DNA of 58,101 nt, counting the filler, from Sphacelaria rigidula (lineage: Eukaryota), in assembly GCA_964200075.2 (NCBI GenBank). It is 9 parts of 9 records of this genome, joined end to end, with 100 filler letters (N's around TTAATTAATTAA, not from the genome) between each part and the next. Parts side by side here need not be neighbours in the genome. Positions count along the whole stretch, not along the records: positions 19,404 to 25,770 come from CAXNAA020020499.1; positions 25,871 to 32,237 come from CAXNAA020020500.1; positions 32,338 to 38,703 come from CAXNAA020020501.1; 6 more parts are not named here. One strand, written 5' to 3'. Under the pieces are notes generated by a model that was given only the letters and a program-made list of their open reading frames with translations, made no database searches and was not told the origin of the DNA. The stretch's first letter is position 1. Every line of letters begins with the position of its first letter. The position numbers and the translations under genes are program-made. Below are positions 23,829-33,866 of this stretch, piece after piece.

Positions 23829-25302
23829 TTGTGAATTCCGAATTTTGACAAGCAGTTGCAGGTACGTCTGATGATTTGCGCGCACATGCGCGACGCCCCG
23901 CATCGTGGGGTGACTGCGACGCTCGTGCACTTACGAGAGGTTTGTGTCTAGCAGGGGATATAAACTCATGTGCGCGTCCGCCAGTGTCTTCACTGACTCG
24001 AAGGCGGGCGATGATGTTCCCCGCCCGCTCGGCGAAACGGTCCATGGGACCACGCCGAACAAAGTGGTTCATTTTGACTTCTTGTACGTGAGCGAAAGTG
24101 GCCCGCGAGCTTCCCAAGGTTTGTCTGAGGATGCTGGGTTTCGATATACTTTGGTAATCATAGACGATGTGAGCAACTTTGAGGCTCTGCAACCAGTAGC
24201 AGTGTGTACTGCTAAATCGACCGCTGCATCTTTGCTTAATTGGTGCAAACCTGTGGGGGTGCCCCGTGTGTGGGTGAGTAATACCGCCACGCATTTCAAG
24301 AATGCGATCTTGGCCCGATTGCGGGAGGCTTTGCACGTTGATCACCAGTTTGCGGTGGCGTATTCTCCGTGGTCTAACGGAACGTGCGAACGCATGGTCA
24401 AGAAAGTAGTTCGTACTCTTCGCTCTATTCTTCTCGAGCAGCGTAGAGCGGTTTCCGAGTGGATAGACGTCTTGCCGGCGGTGCAGTGAGCGCTTAATAC
24501 AGCGTATCGCCGTCGTAATGACAGTACGCCGTACCACGGGATGTTTAGTCGTGCCCCTCGGACGTCTTTCTCGGTGCTGGCGTCTTCGTCGGCGGGGATA
24601 TGGAAGTGTGATGTTCTGGACGATGTTCAAATTCAGAGTGCATTGCAAGGATTCTTGGACTTGCAAGAACGTTTCCACGTTCAAGTGCAGGAACGTGTTG
24701 CCCCTGAACGTGCGCGTAGACGTGAGGGGTCCTCGTCGGGGCTAGAATTGCCGAATTTTGAGGTAGGCGACTATGTCTTGTATGCACGCGTGCGTCGTCC
24801 AGGTGTTACGCCCAAGTTGATGGCGACGTGGAGTGGTCCATGGAGAGTGGTTGATGCTCACCACCCACACGTGTTTGAGATTCAGAACATTGTTTCGGAT
24901 CGTGTTCAGACCGCCCATGTAGCTCGTTTGCGTTTTTCTGCATACTCGCAGCTTAATGTTACGGCTGACGTTAAGGACGTGTTCCAGCATGCTTTCAATC
25001 AGGGGCAATTTCAGATGGCTGGCATTGTCCGAGTGGCAGAAGAAGATGATCGTTCGTTGACCGTGTTGGTCGTTTGGGTTGGTTTCGAAGCTGAGGAGCG
25101 TACGTGGGAGCCCCTCAAGGACATTTTTGAGGCCGCTCCGGAATTTCTTACGAAGGAATTGTGTAAATTGCGCGGGACTCGTGCCGTTGCTGCTCGCATT
25201 ACGAGTGAGTTTGGTATTCAGATGTGATCTACTCATCGTTTTGGCGTTTTCCTATGTTTCAAGCTTGTTGATCGATTTTCGTCCAGCACGCTTTGGGGGT
25301 GC

Positions 25303-25560
25303 TGTGACGAAAATACGCCGTACGTTGAGTTGGTAGTGATGAGATGGATAATGACTAGGGGCACGGAGATTCTGGAGGGTTCTGGATAATGATCGAGGAC
25401 ACGGAGATGATATCTGCAGGTCTAGAAAGCTGGTGCCCTTCCAGGACACTCCCGAATGATGAGAATGTCGTAAAGGTTGACAACTGAAACTGAGACCAAT
25501 AAGACTGGGTAGTCTCTCAAAAGCAGTGATCCAATAGTGCTTCCACTGGCTGGCGTCACA
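25303..25560 (+). repeat. 3' LTR
   Basis: TGTGACG...CGTCACA, 258 bp. Confidence 0.97.
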
Positions 25561-25695
25561 GACCTCACGCGGGAAATCAGAACGAGGAGTGCCGCAAGAA
25601 GTACGCCGAGCTCAGTAGTTGTCGGAAAGTAACACGTGTGGATTTTTTATTTGGGATGATCACCCGGGAAATTATAATCTTGGTATCCACACCAA

Positions 25696-25770
25696 GAGTC
25701 ATCCTACGATAGGGGGGGGGGGGGGGTTCTCTTTTGTGGCTTTCTTTTGGTGTTTGACCTTTGACCTCTC
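25696..25770 (+). mobile_element. Terminus of a GAG-terminal poly-G element, cut by the contig end
   Basis: GAGTCATCCTACGATAGGGGG matches the terminus at 26360. Confidence 0.7.
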
Positions 25771-25870
25771 NNNNNNNNNNNNNNNNNNNNNNNNNNNNNN
25801 NNNNNNNNNNNNNNTTAATTAATTAANNNNNNNNNNNNNNNNNNNNNNNNNNNNNNNNNNNNNNNNNNNN
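25771..25870. other. Artificial contig linker
   Basis: Same 100-bp linker. Confidence 0.99.
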
Positions 25871-26087
25871 ACCGTTCCGATATCTACGCGGTACATTCGT
25901 ACAGGGCATCTGATGCGGACACCTTCTGTGGTCACAGGCTAGCAAAGAAGCAAAAAAATCAAAATAGCTCCAGATTAATACTCACAAACCAGGTGCACAT
26001 ATAATTTTCCGGACCGCATCGAAGTTCAAAACACCTCGGGATCGGCATCTTTCAAAACCGATCGGGCCAGTTCCTGCAGGGACCACG

Positions 26088-26151
26088 CCCCTGACCCTAA
26101 CCCCAACACTAGCCCTAAACCTGACCCCGCAGCACTAACCCTAACCCTAAC
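26088..26151 (+). repeat. Degenerate CCCTAA telomere-like repeats (interstitial)
   Basis: CCCTGACCCTAACCCCAACACTAGCCCTAAACCTGA...CTAACCCTAACCCTAAC. Confidence 0.6.
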
Positions 26152-26359
26152 GAGAGAGGTGTTTATATCCCGATGCGATCCCATAAGCACGCGGTCCCTT
26201 CACGCATTCCAACGGGTATGATGGAAATGATCAACAATAAAAGTTCGACGGCGACCTTGCGTGTACTTCCCTGTTTCATCGAGACGCGGCCTGACATTGG
26301 GAGATCCATGTCGCTGAGCATCCTGGAGGACAATTGTACCGCTATATACCACTGCTTCA

Positions 26360-27242
26360 GAGTCATGCCACGATAGGGGGGGGGGGGTGTTCGATTCCAC
26401 GGAAAAATGGGCTCGTAGGTGCGTCAGACGACCCAACACACTCGCGGTGCGCTTGTGTTTGGGTAAAAGCGATGTCAAATAGTGTGAATTGGCGTAATAA
26501 ATCGGAAGCAAGCGCGTTCGAACTACAGCTGTTGCTATCAACGACGATTGCAAGTAGAATTTCGTGGAGGAAAGCGGCCGAAAATATCCCCCCCATGATT
26601 GAAATGAGGGGAAATAAAAGGGGCGCTCAGACGAAAAGTAGAGGAGGAAGAGCACCTGAAGATATACGGGTGGATGTGAGAAGGGATCGGAATGAAAACA
26701 TTGGCATGTCCCAATAGACGCTGCGAAAAATATGAAACTACGATTACGGGTGGGGGACTTTGACCTGCCAGAAAGAAGAAAGAGATATACCAGTCGTCGA
26801 AAGGAGGAGGAAGTAGATGGACATAACTGCCTCTGTGGCAAAGGAATAGAGAGCAGAAGTCAGATAGTGGCAGAGAACGTGAACTATACAAGGAGAAACG
26901 GGACGTGCTAGGGGGGGGGAAGTGCGGGACATGAACGAGGGTGGCATGAAATCATTTGATGCATGAAACAGCAGGGAGAAAACGATTGTTACACTAGGAG
27001 ATAGATGGTGGCGAGAGACAGCGAAACAGGATGGGGATAAGAGATGTACAAGATTTTTGTGTCATCTCTGGAAGAAACGTAATGCACAATGGAAGAAACG
27101 CAATCAGCGCCGGAATGTTGGAGGTGTCTCTATTAGGAGTAGGAACAGTGCTCCGTCTCGAAGGGATGCGTGGCCAATGGTCACATGACCAAGGCAAGCA
27201 ACAAAGGAGTACGCCCCCCCCCCTCGTATAGTAGCATGACTT
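26360..27242. mobile_element. Non-autonomous DNA transposon with GAG terminus and 4-bp TSD TTCA (Sola-like)
   Basis: Left GAGTCATGCCACGATA-polyG; right polyC-TCGTATAGTAGCATGACTT. TTCA at 26356-26359 and 27243-27246. Confidence 0.75.
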
Positions 27243-27999
27243 TTCAATACACTACACCGTGCCGTACAGAAAAGTGCACGGCAATAGAGCCGCACTACAA
27301 CGTATGGCGATCGCCCCGAGTATATTGACATTGCCAGAGGAAGCAGGTTGCCCGGCAACATACTACTTTCGGCACCGCGAATCGAAGCTTACGAAAGACA
27401 CCTGACGGAACTGTACACCCGACCTACCCGCTCATTCATAGACATGGTGTTCGAACGCACGTGTGATACATCTATATCTTCACGCTGTTAACCAAATATA
27501 TGGCGAGCCCCCCCCTTCCCCCCCAAGGACCCGACGATCAAGCACAAGATCTGCTCTTTACATTGATGCTCACCGGCAAGGGTTGACGCCATCACCGCCG
27601 CACTTTCTCTTTGCACGACCGCAGGCCTCGCAGCTCGTGTTCATGGACGGGCCGAATATGATTCTCCCGCTTTGGCTAATACCCTCAGTAGTGACGATGC
27701 CCATGTTTGAATGATATTCCGTCCACGAACCAGCTCAATTACAGGGGAGTAGAAGCTGCGTGTATCTATAGACGCGGACAAAGAGCGGAACGTCCGAGTG
27801 TTCATGCTTTGTGTGCAGAAGGGACAATGTGGTGAGGTCCGGTACATGGAACTGCAGGAGTACTTTCCACAGGAGCGGACAGCTGCATATGAAAAGAACT
27901 ATGATGGTTGTAAGTGAAGGCCGATGTATTACTGTATCACTCTGGGAATGTTTGCAATTTTTATATCGCGCTGCTTGGTCCTGTCCACACCTCTGTTGA

Positions 28000-28284
28000 C
28001 CCTTAGACCTCGAGACTAGTCTTTCCATACCATGCACACTTATTTTCACTCGAAATTGATGCCGATTCGACAGAAGACTAACCTCGCGGTCTAAGGGTGA
28101 AGGATGCCCATTAATAATCGTATCCATAGTCAAATACAAAGCGCAACAATATTACCCCCTTGCCGTTCATGTCTCACACAAGTCAGCCCTTAGACCGCGA
28201 GGTTAGTCTTCTGTTGAATCGGCATCGATTCCAAGTGAAAAAAAGTATGCATGATCCAGAAAGACTAATCTCGCGGTCTAAGGG
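28000..28284. mobile_element. piggyBac-like composite MITE: two inverted 98-bp hairpin units, flanked by TTGA
   Basis: Units 28000-28097 and 28187-28284 each begin CCCTTAGACC and end GGTCTAAGGG. TTGA at 27996-27999 and 28285-28288. Confidence 0.8.
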
Positions 28285-30427
28285 TTGAAGCTTCATGTTA
28301 CAATCTCGTACTCCTCCGGTCGAACACTACCTTCGCGAGGTAATTCTCGCAGTATCACGGCGTCACCGCACTGTACTTCAACATCATTGTACGCACAGGT
28401 GAGAGTACCTCGTGGCCATGGGGTGAGCGGTGGTTTCGCTGTTTTCGACACGACAGCATCATCAACGGTGTCACGGGTTTGTTCCAGACTGATGGCGAAA
28501 GTTGCCGCGTACGACTGAATCGTCATCGTGGGGAACACGACAAGTTGGAACCTGGCAGAGGGCGTCCAGTCTTCGCAATACAAGGTGGAACTGACGCCTA
28601 AAGAGACGGTGGCACAACGGCAAGATGGAACCTACGACACACCAGTACAGTATGGCACTCGCTATTGACTTTCTTGCACCCCCTCGCCTCCCTCCCCGCT
28701 ATCTTGTCTGAGTTGGGTGCTGTTGTGTAGGTACGGTGGTACTTTGGGGACGTCACGACGGCAATTACAACATGGAGAACAACCACGGTTCACTGACGAC
28801 AGATATTCATTGTTGATGAAACAGTCAGTCGCGTTCATCCTTCATCATAATATTTAGGCTGGCTCTTCTACTTCCCTACTGCAACTGCACTCATACGGTG
28901 TACTGTTTACTCCGTGAAGCTCCTCGTCGTGTAATCGGTAAACGGTACAGTACAACACTCACCTGATGGTCACTCAACCGCACAGAGAGCAGTGCTCCAG
29001 TTGGTGGTCAACAAAATTGACGATCACAACAAATTCCCTACTGAATGTCATGATCCGATCGGGGTGGTGGGTGGGTGGGGGGCAGATCCGTCTTTTCTTT
29101 TTTCCTTTTTGTTTCTTCTGCGGAAGAAATCGGCCCTGGGCCCACAGAAAGAGGCAGGAAGTATTAGTGGAGAGTGGTCCACACATTGCGCCGCTCGACA
29201 CAGACAGCTGCTACCGACAATAAATGAGGGGCTCCGTGCTGGCTCAGTTTGTTTGTCCCAACCTGCATGCACCCGCCTGGCGTGTATCCCCAATCACAGC
29301 ACCCGACTATAACTAAAGTACCATAGAAGACTCAACAGACAGCTGTACAGACGTGGGGTGACGAGTGGTTCAACCTTTCTTTGTTTCGACAGCACCTTGA
29401 TCCCACCACAATTATGTGCAGCCCGAAACACGGGCATGCAGCAGTACAACTACTCAGGCACTCTCGAGTGCACATCGCACCATGATCGTCGCAGAGTGCT
29501 TAGATGCCCAATAGCACAGCGAGAACTATAGCATAAAAATCATGGGTTTGGGGAGCGCCTTACTCCTTTGACTCGAGACGAAACATCCAACATACCGTGA
29601 GCGTTTCAACGTGGGTGTGTCGAGGGCACTGCGTGCAGAGACGAACGGAATGACAATATGAGCAACTCAGGCACTCCCAGCGAAGATCAATTATCTCCAC
29701 GAAGGCCTGAAGACGCCACAGCGCAGCGACAGCTGCAACACACAAGGCAGAGCATGAGTGTGTTTGTCCTGCAGCACAGTGGCACAGGACATGTCCCATT
29801 CGTCGATAGTCCTTTCCCTGATGTCGGGTGGGTCGTCGACTTTTGTCCAGTGGCGATTTTTGAACGCTCGGCCATACTTGCGTTTCGCGCGAAGATATTT
29901 TTATTCACTTTTAGTTACCTCTTTCTGTGCGACGTGAGCCAAATAGTCTTCCTGAGATATTTATCCGCCAATTCCACCACGACAAGGAAGGGTAGGCCAT
30001 GGTCGTGCAGTAATTCTTGAAGTGAAATTGATGCTGACTCCACAGGTGACCTGTGATCGTGGTGAAAGGGTTATAGTGTTGCACCGCCGATCATTGAGGA
30101 AAAGACGGGAAAATACGGCGCTTCCATTCGGCTGACCGCGGGGAGGAAACCATTTGTGAACAATTTTCCCACTGATCGTTGTGCGAATCTCAACTTTGAC
30201 GATGTCGTGCATGGGCGCGGTGCATCGATCCCCGTGCCCGTGGTGCAGGCTATAGCATCCAACAGGGACTGGGCCGCAACGCTTTTCCTCGATGCACTCC
30301 CCTTTCATTCGTTTGTTTTCCCCCTCTTTTTGCATTGCGTCTGTGTGAATTTTCCGGGTACGGCCGGTTCTTTTCTTTTCTTTTTTTTTCACCGCAGATC
30401 AGGGGTAATTGAGGGTAGTTACCCTGT

Positions 30428-30525
30428 TTGTGACCACGGGAGGCGTCCGCATCAGATGCCCAGTACAGGGCACTGCACAGATATCGGAACGGTTTTTCAT
30501 GAGGAGGCAACAACAACAGCAGCAA
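30428..30525 (+). repeat. Short interspersed repeat with (CAA)-like tail; further copies on the minus strand at 25871-25935 and ~46160-46255
   Basis: CACGG(G/A)AGGCGTCCGCATCAGATGCCCAGTACAG..ACTGC.CAGATATCGGA.CGGT in three places; resembles a SINE/LINE 3' end. Confidence 0.75.
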
Positions 30526-30589
30526 GAGCAGTAACAATCCTCGGTGGTAATCGTTTCCTCTCTCGCCGCTTTTTAGGATATATAGGCCG

Positions 30590-32030
30590 GATGTTATGGC
30601 AACATAATATCTTCGGCCCCGGATCTTCAAAATTCGTGTGACACCCACGTTATGGGTGCAGATTCATCGAAATTTTGGGTGAAAAAATCCGTGGCCAAGA
30701 TTCGGGGCCCGAGTCAAACAGAATTCCGGGCAAACTGGCGGGGGTCGGCAAGCACAGATTTTTTGCACACGGATTTTTGCGTTTTGGTCGGCAGACCGTC
30801 ATAATGGGGTCACGCCGCATTTTTCATGGATCCTGTCGACAACAACCAACAACAGACGAAGCAAACCACACGCCGCAGCCGACACGCTATGAAGCCCGCT
30901 TCGCGCGTACGAGCCAAAAAACGACACGCCTTGTTCGTCGGTCTCCTGGCAAAACCATTGCAGAGACATTGAGAGAGTAGATATGTGATGCGCACTGTCG
31001 CTGTCTGGCGGGTAGTTCCGGGATTCTTCGATGAAGGATTCAACTTTAGCAAGAACGAGGGGGGCATGGTCGTTTACTTATGTGCTCGAAAGAACCGGCA
31101 CTGCTGGCGTTAGTGGGGTGGTGATGACCTCTCTGCGGCAGTGCCGCTACATTACTACAGCACGCCACAGCCCACCAGACATCTACGGGACTGTGAGCTG
31201 TTGAAACACGCTGAACATGAAACTCGAGACCCTGGTGGAGGTATACAAATCAGAACAGTATGGTATGAAAATCTGTGTGCTGCCATAATATCGTTCCCGA
31301 AACCAAATTTGCCGCGGATTTGTTTCACCAGGATTCCAAAATCTGTGGGCCAAAGATCTGTTGCTATCACATCCGGCCTTAGGCCAACTCTAATGGGAGC
31401 GTTTAGAATTTTATTTTGAAATGATTTTAAACGACTTTTTTTTTTCTGCTTTGCCGTAGTTGTGTATTGTGTGCCCGTTCACCATGATGACGAAGAAAAA
31501 AAACTCCTGTGAAATTGTAGCAAAATAAAATTACAAACGCTCCCGTAAGAGTTGGCCTTTTTATGACAACAGATTTTTGGCCCACAGATTGTTCACTTTT
31601 GGGCCGTTTGACCCACGCTTCGACCCCCGAACCAAGAAAATCGCCAACACACGTCTTGGAGACACTTTGCATCACCCCACGGAGACAAGACTAGTCTGCT
31701 TTTCAGATTCCCTTGGTTCCGAGGTTTCGAGATCGGCCGCTGAACAACAGTTCGTGTGAGAAAATCTGTGCTTGCCGACCCCCGCCAGTTTGCCCGGTAA
31801 TCTCTGGAGATCGCCGTAGATTTGGTTGCACACGGATTTTTGTTCAGCGGCCGCTCTCGAAACCTCGGAGCCAAGCAAATCTGAAGAGTGGGCTGGGCTC
31901 CTGTCTGTAGGTTGATGCAACGTGTCCAATACGTGTGTTGGCGATTTTCCCGGTCTGGGGGTCAAAAAGGGGATCAAACGTCCCAAAAGTGAACAATCCG
32001 TGGGCCAAAAATATGTGTGCCGTAACATCT
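30590..32030. mobile_element. Foldback-type element with nested inverted repeats
   Basis: IR pairs 30591-30619/32001-32028, 30726-30775/31755-31797, 31340-31418/31521-31590 and 31574-31757/31830-32011. Confidence 0.7.
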
Positions 32031-32237
32031 GACCCACTTTTATGGCAAACGAATCTCGATTTTTTAGGAAAAAATCGGGGGGACTCAAATTCGTGAACTC
32101 AAAATCGGGGGGACCATTTTATGGCACAGACGGTACAGTATCAGATTTGTGAAACGGTTCTGTACACAGAGGGTGACGACGATCCAGAGACGTGGAGGGT
32201 GGGGGGTGAACCCTCCCGATGAGGGGTGTCGTTATGT

Positions 32238-32337
32238 NNNNNNNNNNNNNNNNNNNNNNNNNNNNNNNNNNNNNNNNNNNNTTAATTAATTAANNNNNNN
32301 NNNNNNNNNNNNNNNNNNNNNNNNNNNNNNNNNNNNN
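32238..32337. other. Artificial contig linker
   Basis: Same 100-bp linker. Confidence 0.99.
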
Positions 32338-33474
32338 GGTAAAGGGGTAGAGAGAGATTGTACATGGAGAGGAATAAATCGGCAGAATGGAGGATGACAA
32401 CGGTGGTGCGAGGAACCAGGGTACGAGTTCAGGTTCAAAGTTGCAACGGTTTGACTAGACCGTGTCGACGTGCAGTCCGGTACACTTGTGTAGCCACACC
32501 GTATCGCCAATATCTTTTCTCCCGTCAAGATTATAGCCCCCTCCCCCTCCCCCTTCCCAGAAACGGGTACCCAGCCCCACCCAGCGACATTTAGACCAAC
32601 TTGTATGGCAGCCAATCCCGAATCTGACGGAACCCCGATCTGTGCCAAATCGGGGGGACTCAGATTCATGAAACTCAGATTCGTGTGTACGCCTGTATGC
32701 GTTATGGCTTCACACATTTGTTGAAATTGTTCTGTGCACGGAGGACGATTTTCTGCGGGGTGGTGTCACGATGAAGCCGAAGAACAGGCAGGCAGTGAAT
32801 CATCTTTCAAGAGCAGCGTCGTACGGTGGTACCCAATACCGTTTACCCTAGGGTATGATGGCAGTGCAGTACACTCCACAATCACAGTACACGGTAATGC
32901 CGTGCGGTAATACATGATGATACAGTCGGTGTTCGAAGAATAGTGCACAGTGGGCGACAAGAGTTCACGAGCGCAGTGCCATTCATCGCCCTTCAAGTAC
33001 CTCGACAGCAGAGTGTAGGATAGTACAATGCCGTGTGTGATGATGATGCATAGAGTAGCGTAGAGCAGCATAAAATATTACCATCGCAGCAGGGTACGGC
33101 ACCAATAACTCTTATCCGTTTGTCAAACCCTGTGCGAAGCTGCTTTAGCAGCTGGCGCCGGCAGGCACCCCCTGTGCTGTCACAAGACTGTCTGCTGCTG
33201 CGGTTGAAAAAATATCAAACGACTGCTGCCCTATCATCGTACGCCAATGTATGGACGTCACTGTCTACAGATTCGAGGGACCTCGATTTTCCCCCGATCT
33301 GTGCTCAGGTTCAAGGGAAACCGTCCTCAAATCGTGACATACGAATCTGAGCTTCCCCGATTTGGGCCAAATTGGGATCCACATAAGGCAATTCCGGATC
33401 TGAGGTCCCCCGATCTGCGTACAGATCCGTTTCTATGACTGCCAGACAAGACGGCCCTAAGGACCAGGTCGCAC

Positions 33475-33549
33475 CTTGGCATATTGCACTTCCGCAGCTT
33501 CGTACAGTCTCTTGTCCATCCTCGTTCGTTGGTCGACTCTATCTTGCAG
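33475..33549 (-). CDS. Gal-3-O-sulfotransferase-family, exon 4 of 4 visible
   Basis: AG..GT, 75 nt, LQDRVDQRTRMDKRLYEAAEVQYAK with the conserved D..LY motif. Confidence 0.8.
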
Positions 33550-33804
33550 CTGCAATATGAAAGCAGCAAATAAACAATACACAACAGACAAATACGGGAG
33601 AACATGTCAGATATAGATAAAGGATGGACGGCGGAATTTTCGTCCGTTGTTCTTGCTGCTCCTCTTGTTGTGGTCTTAAAGAAGCGGATGCATATGTGTG
33701 CCATACTCCAGTGTTTGTCATACTCCAGGATGCATGTATTGATTGTTCCCACCTGTACATGATGCACTCATGTGCGAAATTCAATGCAACGATAACAAAA
33801 ACAG

Positions 33805-33805
<1 letters not shown>

Positions 33806-33840
<35 letters not shown>
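33806..33840 (+). repeat. (AAC)n microsatellite
   Basis: ~11 AAC units. Confidence 0.95.
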
Positions 33841-33842
<2 letters not shown>

Positions 33843-33866
33843 ATGGGACAAGAAATAAGCAAAAAC

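Larger units (their letters stand above)
22544..25227 (+). pseudogene. pol: Pol remnant (RT and RNase H stubs, integrase, chromodomain), interrupted by two MITEs
   Basis: VHFDFL / IIDDVS / WVSNTATHF / SNGTCERM; GPY/F-like WSGPWRVV; chromodomain VLVVWVGFEAEERTWEPLKDI. Confidence 0.9.
20201..25560 (+). mobile_element. Full-length defective Ty3/Gypsy chromovirus-type LTR retrotransposon, TSD GACC
   Basis: Two 258-bp LTRs with TG..CA ends. GACC at 20197-20200 and 25561-25564. Domain order gag-PR-(RT/RH deleted)-IN-chromodomain. Confidence 0.97.

Noticed and set aside
14737..25560. Tandem pair of retrotransposons
   Set aside because: The two copies are on separate contigs; adjacency is an artefact of size sorting
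20013..25628. Joining the flanks of the LTR element gives an ~84-codon open frame (possible disrupted exon)
   Set aside because: No recognisable motif, weak splice signals, and a length compatible with chance in GC-rich DNA
27624..28597. Exon-like segments (27624-27908 plus; ~28330-28597 minus)
   Set aside because: The first has in-frame stops; neither has a recognisable domain or partner exons
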